From assembly GCA_016794585.1 (NCBI GenBank), contig JAEUJM010000043.1:182847-246846 (forward strand): a DNA stretch of 64,000 nucleotides. Direction: 5' to 3'. Source of the DNA: Acidimicrobiales bacterium. Its GTDB lineage: Bacteria > Actinomycetota > Acidimicrobiia > Acidimicrobiales > DATDAH01. The notes under the pieces are model-generated. The model searched no databases, was not told the DNA's origin, and worked only from the letters and a program-made list of their open reading frames with translations. Position 1 is the first letter of the stretch. Every line of letters begins with the position of its first letter. The position numbers were made by a program, and so were the translations under genes. Of the stretch, positions 9,451 through 18,080 are shown piece after piece.

Positions 9451-10674
9451 GTGACCCACTCCCCGCGTCCGCACCTCCGCGCCCTCGTCGGCGACGAGCA
9501 GGCGTTCCTCACCGACCACTGGGAGCGAGCGCTCGCCCTGCACCGGGGCGGCGCCGCGGCGGCGGACCGGTTCTCGGAACTCCTGTCGTCCGACGACCTG
9601 GTCGAGATGATCGCCGACCACGGCCTGCGCAGCCCGTTCTTCCGGCTCATCCGGGACGGTAGCGGGCTCCCGTCGTCGACCTACCTGCGCTCGGCCGGCG
9701 CCGGCCACACGACCGTGCACGACCTGGCCAACCCGGGGCGCATCGCGGAGGAGGCGTGGGCCGGCGCGTCGATCGTGGGGCAGGCACTGCAACGCACCTG
9801 GCCGCCGGCGCGCGATCTCTGCCGCGGCCTCGCCGAGGAGCTGGGCCACCGTGTCCAGGCCAACGCCTACCTCTCCCCGCCCGCCGCCGAGGGGTTCGAC
9901 CTGCACTACGACACCCACGACGTGTTCGTGCTCCAGGTGGAGGGCACCAAGCACTGGACGGTGCACGAGCCGGCCGATGTCCTGCCCCATCGCCGCGGCC
10001 GCGGCGCTCCCCCGCCGGCGTTCGGCGAGCCCGTGTGGTCCGGCACACTCGAACCAGGTGACTGCCTCTACCTGCCGAGGGGCTTCGGCCACCAGGCCCG
10101 CACGAGCGACGCCGCCTCGCTGCACCTCACCGTCGGCGTGCTCGCCTTCACCTGGCGCCACGTCCTCCGCCTGCTCGCCGACGTCCTCCCCGACGACGAC
10201 GTGGCCCTCCGCCGGGCGCTGCCGGTGGGGGCCCTGGGGAGCAGGGACGGGCGCGGCGACGACGGGTTCGACGAGGCCTGGAAGGAGTTCCGGGTGCACC
10301 TCGCGGAACGCCTCGACGCGCTGGATCCCGAGCTCCTGGTCGGACGCCTCGAACACGACCTCTGGTCGGCCCACCCGCCCGTCGACGCGGCCGACGAGCT
10401 CCGCCGGGCCCTGCGGGCCGCGGCCCCCGACGCCACGACGTTGCTGGAGCTGCGCCACGGCGCCCTCGAGCGCCACGAGGTGGCGGGCGGCCGGGTGCGC
10501 CTGGTGCGGCGCGACCGCGTGATCAGCCTGCCCGTCGAGGCCGCACCCCTCGTCGATGCCCTCGTCGCCGGCCGGCACGTTCGCGCCGACGACGGCCTCC
10601 TCGACTGCGACTCGTCGCTCGTCGTCCTGCGCCGCCTGTACCGCGAGGGCATCGTCGAGCGAGTCGACCGCTGA
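9451..10674 (+). CDS. JmjC/cupin-4 domain protein (ribosomal oxygenase RoxA/YcfD-like 2-oxoglutarate/Fe(II) oxygenase)
   Basis: Motifs ANAYLSPPAAEGFDLHYDTHDVFVLQVEGTKHWTVHEP and LYLPRGFGHQA match the bacterial JmjC (cupin_4) family. Confidence 0.7.
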   Translation: MTHSPRPHLRALVGDEQAFLTDHWERALALHRGGAAAADRFSELLSSDDLVEMIADHGLRSPFFRLIRDGSGLPSSTYLRSAGAGHTTVHDLANPGRIAEEAWAGASIVGQALQRTWPPARDLCRGLAEELGHRVQANAYLSPPAAEGFDLHYDTHDVFVLQVEGTKHWTVHEPADVLPHRRGRGAPPPAFGEPVWSGTLEPGDCLYLPRGFGHQARTSDAASLHLTVGVLAFTWRHVLRLLADVLPDDDVALRRALPVGALGSRDGRGDDGFDEAWKEFRVHLAERLDALDPELLVGRLEHDLWSAHPPVDAADELRRALRAAAPDATTLLELRHGALERHEVAGGRVRLVRRDRVISLPVEAAPLVDALVAGRHVRADDGLLDCDSSLVVLRRLYREGIVERVDR

Positions 10675-10682
10675 GCGACTCG

Positions 10683-11618
10683 ATGCCCTCGTCGCCGGCC
10701 GGCCGGCCCGGCCGGGGCCGGGTCCCGTTCTGCGCGGCCACGAGCCGGGACCTGGCCGAACCGTTGGCGGCCACCGCCTCCCACGTCGACGAGTGGCTGC
10801 TGGTCGAGTGGCCGGGCGCGTGGGGCCGCCACGCCCTCACCGAGAGCGACCTGCCCGCTCACCTGGCCGAGCCGCTCGTGACGTTCGACCGAGGAGCGCG
10901 CGCGAAGGCCGTACTCGTGCGCCAGGGCGTCCAGGCCGATGCCGAGCGCACGTCGCCGCCGATGGTCGTGCGGGCCCGCTCCACGGTGGGCGACGAGCGC
11001 CTGACCCGGTCGGCCCTCGGAGGCCCCGATGGGTGGCGCCTCGACCCGCCCATGACCGCCCCGCCGCCGGTCGGGGCCGGCCGCGACGAGCCCCTCCTCG
11101 TCGTGTGCACCAACGGCCGCCACGACGCCTGCTGCGCCAACGAGGGCCGCCCGCTCGTCCGGGCCATGCGGGCCCTCGGGCCCGCGCCCGTGTGGGAGTG
11201 CTCCCACATCGGCGGCGACCGCTTCGCCGCCAACGTCGTCCTGCTCCCCCACGGCTGCTACTTCGGCCGCGTCTCCGTCGACGCCGTGGTGGGATTCCTC
11301 GAGGAGCTCGCCCGCGGCCTGCTGCCGTTGGAGCACTACCGGGGCCGGTCTGCCCTGCCGCCGCCCGTTCAGGCGGCCGAGCTGGCGGTGCGCCAGGAGA
11401 CCGGCGAGCGCCGCATCGACGCGCTGACGGGCTGGCACCGGGAGCGCCTCGGGGAGGGTGCGTGGGCGGTCGTGATCGACCTCGCCGGCCGGCGCCATCG
11501 GGCCGAGGTCACTGCGTCGAACGACGCCGAGCCCCGTCTGCTCACCTGCCACTCGAGCCGGCCCGAGCCGCCGCGCTCGTTCGTCGTCGGTCCCCTGGAG
11601 CGACTCGAGGACAGCTGA
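10683..11618 (+). CDS. Sucrase/ferredoxin-like (thioredoxin-like [2Fe-2S]) family protein
   Basis: LLVVCTNGRHDACCANEGRPL and WECSHIGGDRFAANVVLLPHGCYFG are the sucraseferredoxin-like family motifs. It follows the JmjC gene with an 8-nt gap. Confidence 0.7.
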   Translation: MPSSPAGRPGRGRVPFCAATSRDLAEPLAATASHVDEWLLVEWPGAWGRHALTESDLPAHLAEPLVTFDRGARAKAVLVRQGVQADAERTSPPMVVRARSTVGDERLTRSALGGPDGWRLDPPMTAPPPVGAGRDEPLLVVCTNGRHDACCANEGRPLVRAMRALGPAPVWECSHIGGDRFAANVVLLPHGCYFGRVSVDAVVGFLEELARGLLPLEHYRGRSALPPPVQAAELAVRQETGERRIDALTGWHRERLGEGAWAVVIDLAGRRHRAEVTASNDAEPRLLTCHSSRPEPPRSFVVGPLERLEDS

Positions 11619-11639
11619 CAGGGCGCTCCGGGCCCAGGC

Positions 11640-14147
11640 TCAGACCTGCGTGGCCGTCGCCAGGAAGCGGTCGGTGCCCGTGGTGCCGTCACCGATGGAC
11701 CCGAAGGCGTTGTCGCCCCAGCAGCGCACCTCGCCGTTCGAGAGCAGCGCGCACGCGCTGGCCCCGGTCCGTGCGACCTGGGTCACGCTGGTCAGCGGAC
11801 CAAGCCCCGGCGGGTCGAGCACCGTCACGGGCAGCACGCGGTCGGCGCCGACGTTGTCCCCGGTCTCCCCGTTCACGCTGTCACCCCAGCAACGCACCTG
11901 TGCCCCGACCCGGGCGCACGTCCCCGAGCCGTTGGCCACGACCTGACCGACGCCCGTCAGCGGGCCGTTGCCCTGCGGGTTCAGGACTGCGGTCGGCAGC
12001 ACCCGGGTGGTCCCGGTGCCGTCGCCCAGCCGCCCGTCTGCTCCATTGCCCCAGCACCGCACCTCGTTGATGTTGAGGCGGGCGCAGGCGTGACCCTGGG
12101 CGATCGAGATCTGGGCCACGTCCGTCAGCGCGCCGGACCCCGCGGGGCTGAGGACGGTCACCGGCAGGGGGCGGTTGGTGGTGGTGCCGTCCCCCAGACG
12201 ACCGTTGGCGTTGTTGCCCCAGCACCGGACCTGCCCGGTGGTCAGCCGGGCGCAGGCGGCGCCGCTGGCGATCGCGATCTCGGCGACGTCGGTCAGCGGA
12301 CCGGTTCCCGCCGCGTTGAGCACCGTCACGGGACGGGTGCGATTCGTGGTGGTGTTGTCCCCCACCTCGCCTGCGGAGTTGAAGCCCCAGCACCGGGCCT
12401 GCCCGTTGACGAGGACCGCGCAGGAGGTGCCGGCGCCGGCCGCGATCTGGGCGACGCCGGTCAGCGGACCGGTGCCGGTGGCGTTGGAGACGACCACTGG
12501 TCGGCCGCTGCTGGTGGTGCTGCCGTCGCCCAGTGCACCACCGCTGAAGAAGTTGTCCCCCCAACACCGAACCTGGCCGGTGGTCAGGCGCGCACAAGTG
12601 TGGCGACTCCCCGCCGCCAGCTGCACGATCCCGGAGAGGCGGCCCGACCCCGTGGTCCCGACCACCGGGACCGCGGTCGCCTCCGAGGTGCTGGTGTCGT
12701 CGTTGCCCGTCTGCCCGGCGTCGTTGAAGCCCCAGCAGCGGGCCTCGCCGGCGGTCGTCCGCCCACACACGTGGAGGCCGCCGCCGACGATCTGGGTGAT
12801 GCCGCCGAGGGCGCCCAGGTCCGCGCCGTCCTGCACGACCGCGGGCCGCACACTGCCGCCCCCGGCGCCGTCGCCGAGTCGGCCGACGCTGTCCTGACCC
12901 CAGCAGCGGGCGTTCTTGGAGCCGAGCTTCACGCACGTGTGCGCCACACCGGCGGCGACGTCCTTCACGTCGGTCAACGGGCCGTTGCCCGCCGGGTTCG
13001 ACACCACCACGGGACGTGGCCGGTCGGTGGTCGTGCCGTCGCCGAGGCGGCCGTTCGCGTTCGAGCCCCAGCACCTGGCTTGGCCCGAGGTCAGTCGGAC
13101 GCACGTGTGGGCCGCCCCCGCCGCCACCTTCGACACGTCCCTCAACGAGCCCGACCCCGCAGGGTTCGACACCACCACGGGGAGCAGCCGGTTCGTCGTG
13201 GTGCCGTCGCCGACCCGCCCGTCGCTGTTCGCCCCCCAGCACCGCAGCTGCCCCGACGTCAGGCGCGCACACGTGTGCGAGTGGCCGGTCGCCACCTTGG
13301 AGACGTCGGTCAAGGGACCGGTGCCCGCCGGGTTCTTCACCACGACCGGCCGCAGGCGGTCGGTCGTCGTCCCGTCACCCAGGCGGCCGCTCGCGTTCGC
13401 CCCCCAGCAGCGGAGCTGGCCCGTGGTCAGCCGCGCACACGTGTGGGAGTTGCCGGCCGCGACTCTCGACACGTTGGTGAGCGACCCCGTGCCCGCCGGG
13501 TTCGAGACCGCCACGGGCCGCGGCGGCGAGGTGGTGGTGCCGTCGCCGAGCTGCCCCGACGCATTGAATCCCCAGCACACCGCCTGGCCGTTGCCCAGGC
13601 GGGCACACGCGTGCCCGGCCCCGACGGTGATCTGCGTCACGTTGGTGAGCGGCCCGGTCCCCGCGGTGTTCGACACGACGACGGGGAAGGCGCTGCTGAG
13701 CGCGGGCGACCCGCCACCGAGCTGGTCATCCACGTTGATGCCCCAGCAGCGGACCTGGCCGTTGGCCAGGCGGGCACACGAGATGTCTCCACCGGTGGCC
13801 ACCTCGGCCACGTCGCCGAGCGGACCGGTGCCGTTCGGGTTGGACACCAGCACCGGCTCGAGGCGGCTGTTGCGGGTGCCGTCGCCGAGCTGCCCGTTGA
13901 AGTTGTTCCCGGAGCACTTCACGTTGCCCGTGCTCAGCCGGAAGCACGAGTGCCCGTCGCCACCCGCGACCTGGGAGATGCTCCCGAGCGCCGCCTCCGG
14001 CGTTCCGCCCGCCCGGGTCGCCGCCGGACCGAGGCGCTGGGCCCCGGCACCACCGGGTGCCAACAGCACGGCGAGCACGGCCAGAACCGCCGTGATCAGG
14101 ACAGGGGCGAGCAGCCGCGCCCCTCGGCCATCGCGGGCTCGTCGCAT
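11640..14147 (-). CDS. Secreted RCC1-repeat (beta-propeller) protein, about 835 aa with at least 14 RCC1-like repeats
   Basis: Tandem repeats of the form ...CWG.N..G.LGDGTTT.R..PV.V...G...L..V..VAAG..H.CA... run through the whole ORF. An N-terminal signal peptide follows the internal ATG at 14147, which has a GGGGAGGGG ribosome-binding site. The long plus-strand ORF 12090..15584 is its antisense artefact. Confidence 0.8.
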   Translation of the reverse strand: MRRARDGRGARLLAPVLITAVLAVLAVLLAPGGAGAQRLGPAATRAGGTPEAALGSISQVAGGDGHSCFRLSTGNVKCSGNNFNGQLGDGTRNSRLEPVLVSNPNGTGPLGDVAEVATGGDISCARLANGQVRCWGINVDDQLGGGSPALSSAFPVVVSNTAGTGPLTNVTQITVGAGHACARLGNGQAVCWGFNASGQLGDGTTTSPPRPVAVSNPAGTGSLTNVSRVAAGNSHTCARLTTGQLRCWGANASGRLGDGTTTDRLRPVVVKNPAGTGPLTDVSKVATGHSHTCARLTSGQLRCWGANSDGRVGDGTTTNRLLPVVVSNPAGSGSLRDVSKVAAGAAHTCVRLTSGQARCWGSNANGRLGDGTTTDRPRPVVVSNPAGNGPLTDVKDVAAGVAHTCVKLGSKNARCWGQDSVGRLGDGAGGGSVRPAVVQDGADLGALGGITQIVGGGLHVCGRTTAGEARCWGFNDAGQTGNDDTSTSEATAVPVVGTTGSGRLSGIVQLAAGSRHTCARLTTGQVRCWGDNFFSGGALGDGSTTSSGRPVVVSNATGTGPLTGVAQIAAGAGTSCAVLVNGQARCWGFNSAGEVGDNTTTNRTRPVTVLNAAGTGPLTDVAEIAIASGAACARLTTGQVRCWGNNANGRLGDGTTTNRPLPVTVLSPAGSGALTDVAQISIAQGHACARLNINEVRCWGNGADGRLGDGTGTTRVLPTAVLNPQGNGPLTGVGQVVANGSGTCARVGAQVRCWGDSVNGETGDNVGADRVLPVTVLDPPGLGPLTSVTQVARTGASACALLSNGEVRCWGDNAFGSIGDGTTGTDRFLATATQV

Positions 14148-14237
14148 GTCGCCCCTCCCCGGTCCGCACCCGTCGCCAGCGACGGTACGACGAAGACCGA
14201 CCTTCGGCAAGCGATCGCCGGGCTCAGCGGCCCGAGG

Positions 14238-15476
14238 TCAGCCTCGGATCTGGCCCTCGCCGTGGACGACGTACTTGGCGGTGGTGAGCTCGCGCAGGCC
14301 CATCGGGCCCCGGGCGTGGAGCTTCTGGGTGGAGATCCCGATCTCGGCGCCGAACCCGAACTCCTCGCCGTCGACGAAGCGGGTGGAGGCGTTGACCAGG
14401 ACCGCGGCGGCGTCGACCTCCGCGGTGAAGCGCTCGGCCGACTCGAGGTCCCGGGTGACGATGGCCTCGCTGTGGCCCGAGCCGTACCGGTTGATGTGGT
14501 CGATGGCCTGGTCGAGCGAGTCCACGACCCGCACCGAGGCCTTGAGGTCGAGGAACTCAGTGCCCCAGTCGGCCTCGGACGCCGCACCGGCAGAAGGCAG
14601 GATCGACCGGGTGTGGTCGTCACCCACGAGCTCGACCCCCTCGAGCGCCGGCGCCAGGCGGGTGAGGAAGGGCTCGGCCACCTTCTGGTGCACGACGATG
14701 GACTCGAGGGCGTTGCACACCGAGGGCCGCTGGGTCTTGGCGTTGACGACGATGGCCTCGGCCATGGCGAGATCGGCGGACTCGTCGACGTAGACGTGGC
14801 AGTTGCCGTCGCCGTCGATCACGAAGGGGACGGTGGCGTGTTCGCGGATCGACGCGATGAGCGACGGCCCACCCCGCGGGATGAGGCAGTCGATGCTGGC
14901 GCGCTGCTGCATGAATTCGACCGCGCCTTCGCGGGTGGTGTCCTCGACCAGCACGACCGAGTCCTCGGGCAGGCCGGCGGCCGCGAAGGCGTCGCGCAGC
15001 ACCTTCGCGATCGCGATGTTCGAGGTGATGGCACCGGAAGAACCCCGGAGGAACGCGGCATTCCCCGCCTTGACGCACAGTGCCGCCGCGTCGCTGGTGA
15101 CGTTGGGCCGGTTCTCGTAGATGATGGCCACGACGCCGAGCGGGACCCGCACGCGGTGGATGCGCAGGCCGTTGGGGCGGGTCCAGCCGTCGAGGATCTC
15201 CCCGACGGGGTCGGGCAGGGTGGCCACCTGGCGCAGGCCGCCGGCCATGCCCTCGATCTTGGCGGGCGTGAGTCGGAGGCGGTCGACGACCGTGGCGCTC
15301 ACGCCCTCGCCCTCGGCCCGCTCCACGTCCACGGCGTTGGCGGCGAGCACCTCGTCGGCACACTCGAGGAGCCCGTCGGCGGCCAGGAGCAGACCGGCGT
15401 CCTTCTCACGGGTGGAAGCCGTGGCCAGCGCCCGAGAGGCGGCCTTGGCCCGGAGTCCCAGATCAGCGATGGACAT
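14238..15476 (-). CDS. proA: Gamma-glutamyl phosphate reductase
   Basis: Full-length aldehyde dehydrogenase-type ProA (AIIYENRPNVTSDAAALCVKAGNA..., catalytic Cys in SVCNALE). Start is set at the internal ATG MSIADLG, which has a GGGGG ribosome-binding site. Confidence 0.9.
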   Translation of the reverse strand: MSIADLGLRAKAASRALATASTREKDAGLLLAADGLLECADEVLAANAVDVERAEGEGVSATVVDRLRLTPAKIEGMAGGLRQVATLPDPVGEILDGWTRPNGLRIHRVRVPLGVVAIIYENRPNVTSDAAALCVKAGNAAFLRGSSGAITSNIAIAKVLRDAFAAAGLPEDSVVLVEDTTREGAVEFMQQRASIDCLIPRGGPSLIASIREHATVPFVIDGDGNCHVYVDESADLAMAEAIVVNAKTQRPSVCNALESIVVHQKVAEPFLTRLAPALEGVELVGDDHTRSILPSAGAASEADWGTEFLDLKASVRVVDSLDQAIDHINRYGSGHSEAIVTRDLESAERFTAEVDAAAVLVNASTRFVDGEEFGFGAEIGISTQKLHARGPMGLRELTTAKYVVHGEGQIRG

Positions 15477-15580
15477 GCCCCCGAGGTTACCGGCGGGTTT
15501 CGTTACCATCCCCCCGTGAGTCCGACTCCGCAAGGCGTGGTGCGAGCGGCCCGTGCGGCCCGTTCCCGAAAGCGGGACGC

Positions 15581-17038
15581 GTGAACGGCGACCGCGCCCT
15601 CGCGGACGCCGTGAGCGACTTCGTCGACGCGTTGAGCCCCGTGATGGCCGAGATCGCCGCGGACCTCGACGGCGTCGACGCCGACGACCTGCGCCACGAC
15701 GTCGTCCTCGAGGCCTACAACCTCAGCCTCGCCTTCATCGACTGCGACGACCGCCAGTCCGATGACGAGCTCCTGGGCCTCATCGAGGCCTTCGGCCCCC
15801 GCCTGGACAGCCAACTCGACCACGCCACCCCCGCGCTCATCCGAGAGGCCGGCCTGGTCACCGGCAAGCAGTCCGAGCTGTCGCAGACGACCGTGCTCTT
15901 CGACATCCTCCGCAAGGCCGACGAACGCCACGGCACCGGCCACGCTCGCCGCTACTACGACCTCGCGCTGCAGATCGCGTACACCGTCGCCTCCCTCGAC
16001 GCCCGACCGTCCGAAGCCGAGCTGCGCGCCATCGACGACTACCGGGGCCTGCTCCTGCACGCCCTCGACGGGATCCGGGCGCGCGCCCCGGAGCGGCGCC
16101 ACGACGCCACCACCCCCGAGCCGGGTGTGGGACCGGCGGGCCCGGCCACCGCCACGGCCGCCAGTGGACCGGCGGGGGCGCCGGCACCGCCCGACGAGGA
16201 GCCCCTTCCCCCTGCTCGGCCCATCGAGGAGCTGCTCGCCGAGCTCGACGGGCTCGTCGGCCTGGCCGGGGTCAAGGCCGAGGTCAAGCTCGTGTCCGAC
16301 CTCATCGCGGTGCAGAACCTGCGCCGCGAGCGGGGGTTGCCCGTGCTCGACACCAGTCGCCACCTCGTCTTCACGGGCAACCCGGGCACGGGCAAGACCA
16401 CGGTCGCGCGCCTGGTGGCCCAGATCTTCCGCACCCTCGGGGTGGTGGACAAGGGCCAGCTCGTCGAGACCGACCGGTCCCAGCTGGTGGTCGGCTACAT
16501 CGGCCAGACCGCCACCCGGGTGCGGGAGGTGTTCGACAAGGCCGACGGCGGGGTCCTCCTCATCGACGAGGCCTACGCGCTGGCACGCGGCGGCGAACGC
16601 GACTTCGGCATCGAAGCCATCGACACCATCGTCAAGCTCGTCGAGGACCGCCGCGACTCGGTCGTGGTCATCGCCGCCGGCTACCCGGACGAGATGGCCG
16701 ACTTCATCAACGCCAACCCGGGCCTCACCTCGAGGTTCCCGCGCACGATCGCCTTCGCCGACTACACCGACGACGAGTTGGTGGCCATCTTCTCGTCCCA
16801 GGCCGACAAGGCCGGCTACCGGTGCTCCCCCGAGGTGGTCGCCAGGGTGCGGGCGTGGTTCGAGGCCCAGCCCCGGGGCAAGGGCTTCGGCAACGGCCGC
16901 CTCGCCCGCAACCTGTTCGAAGAGGCGGTCGGACGCCAGGCCAGCCGGATCGTGGCGGGAGCCACCCCCACGGACGAGCAGCTCGGTGCGTTCTCGCCCG
17001 AGGACATCCCGGCGCCGGCAGCGGCCCCCACGACGTGA
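15581..17038 (+). CDS. AAA+ ATPase of the CbbX/SpoVK type with an N-terminal helical domain
   Basis: The C-terminal half has Walker A LVFTGNPGTGKTTVAR, Walker B VLLIDEAYAL and the CbbX-type arginine-finger region. The first ~250 aa are a separate helical domain. GTG start. Confidence 0.8.
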   Translation: MNGDRALADAVSDFVDALSPVMAEIAADLDGVDADDLRHDVVLEAYNLSLAFIDCDDRQSDDELLGLIEAFGPRLDSQLDHATPALIREAGLVTGKQSELSQTTVLFDILRKADERHGTGHARRYYDLALQIAYTVASLDARPSEAELRAIDDYRGLLLHALDGIRARAPERRHDATTPEPGVGPAGPATATAASGPAGAPAPPDEEPLPPARPIEELLAELDGLVGLAGVKAEVKLVSDLIAVQNLRRERGLPVLDTSRHLVFTGNPGTGKTTVARLVAQIFRTLGVVDKGQLVETDRSQLVVGYIGQTATRVREVFDKADGGVLLIDEAYALARGGERDFGIEAIDTIVKLVEDRRDSVVVIAAGYPDEMADFINANPGLTSRFPRTIAFADYTDDELVAIFSSQADKAGYRCSPEVVARVRAWFEAQPRGKGFGNGRLARNLFEEAVGRQASRIVAGATPTDEQLGAFSPEDIPAPAAAPTT

Positions 17039-17048
17039 GGAGCGGCAC

Positions 17049-18080
17049 GTGAAGCGGCTACTGGCCCTGGTGGGCGCTGCAGTGATGATCGGCGGGGCGG
17101 TGCTCGTCCGCGGGATGCTCGACGACGGGGGCGGCGGCGGCAACGGAGGCGGCGGCAACGGATCGGGTGGCGACGGCGCCACCCACCTGATCTGCGCCAC
17201 CGAGCTGGCCGACGCCTGCGCCACCCTGGCCGAGGAGGACGACGACGTCACCTTCGACGTCGAGCCCGCCGGCGACACCGCCGAGCGCCTGACCGACGCG
17301 GCCTTCGATCCGGCCGAGTCCGACATCGACGGCTGGCTCACGCTCGACCCGTGGCCGGCGCTCGTCGAGCTCCGCCGCGACCTCGCCAACCAGCCCGCCG
17401 TCCTCGGAGAGCCCTCCGACGTCCTCGCCACCACCCGGCTGGCCCTCGTCGGGCCCGCGGCGCGCGTCGACCTGCTGGCGGCGGCCTGCGGCGGGGTGGA
17501 CCAGACGGGCTGGCGGTGCCTCGGCGAGATCGCCGACGAGCCGTGGAGCGCCCACGGGGGCAGCACCACCCAGGGCCGGATCGAGGTCGGCCACGACGAC
17601 CCCACCCAGGAGGCCGCCGGGCTCCTCGTGCTGGGCCAGGCCGCCGCCGACTACTTCGGCACCACCGCGTTCGCCAGGAACGACTTCGACGCCGACCCCG
17701 GCTTCCGGAACTGGCTGGAGCAGCTCGAGAACGCCGACCCGGGGCTTCCCCCCGCCGTCGCCGCCCAGCCGGTGATCACCCAGCTCGAGCAGTTCCCGAC
17801 GGCCTCCTGGGACGCGGTCGGCACCCTCGACCCGGATGCGGTCGCCACGAAGGCCCGCACGTCCGACGCGTTCACCGTCCTCTACCCTTCGCCCATGATC
17901 CGGGCCGAAGTGGTGATCGCCCCGATCCGGGGCCACGAGGTCGACGTCAGCGAGGACGACCTCGAGGCCGCGCTGGAGAGCGCCGGCTGGACGCCCGGGC
18001 CCGCCCCGGACGACACGCCCGCCGGCCCCTCCGCCGGGGTGTACCAAGCCTTGATCGAAGAGTGGGAGCAAGCGACATGA
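17049..18080 (+). CDS. Hypothetical secreted/membrane-anchored protein (N-terminal TM helix, Gly-rich linker)
   Basis: GTG start 10 nt after the AAA+ gene. N-terminal hydrophobic anchor LLALVGAAVMIGGAVLV, followed by a G/N-rich linker. High GC3. Its stop overlaps the next gene's ATG (ATGA). Confidence 0.5.
   Translation: MKRLLALVGAAVMIGGAVLVRGMLDDGGGGGNGGGGNGSGGDGATHLICATELADACATLAEEDDDVTFDVEPAGDTAERLTDAAFDPAESDIDGWLTLDPWPALVELRRDLANQPAVLGEPSDVLATTRLALVGPAARVDLLAAACGGVDQTGWRCLGEIADEPWSAHGGSTTQGRIEVGHDDPTQEAAGLLVLGQAAADYFGTTAFARNDFDADPGFRNWLEQLENADPGLPPAVAAQPVITQLEQFPTASWDAVGTLDPDAVATKARTSDAFTVLYPSPMIRAEVVIAPIRGHEVDVSEDDLEAALESAGWTPGPAPDDTPAGPSAGVYQALIEEWEQAT

Noticed and set aside
12090-15584. 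1164-aa plus-strand ORF spanning the RCC1 gene and proA
   Set aside because: It is antisense to two well-supported minus-strand genes (RCC1 repeats, ProA). Its translation is low-complexity R/G/A/P-rich sequence. High-GC genomes produce long stop-free antisense frames. The same reasoning rejects 400..1908(-), 2716..4077(-), 4483..6579(-), 6679..8223(+), 8362..10578(-), 10068..11552(-), 15503..17605(-), 18416..20029(-), 21320..22708(-), 31084..32712(+), 33486..35384(+), 36411..38645(+), 39265..41250(+), 43107..44645(-) upstream part, 45674..46336(-), 47454..49916(+), 51476..53197(+), 53267..55273(+), 56308..57531(-), 57711..58781(-) and 61339..62748(+).
17351-18077. Upstream part of ORF 17351..19915, which would fuse the vWA lipoprotein with preceding sequence
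   Set aside because: It overlaps the 17049..18080 gene in another frame. The lipoprotein signal peptide with its lipobox begins at ATG 18078, which overlaps the upstream stop.
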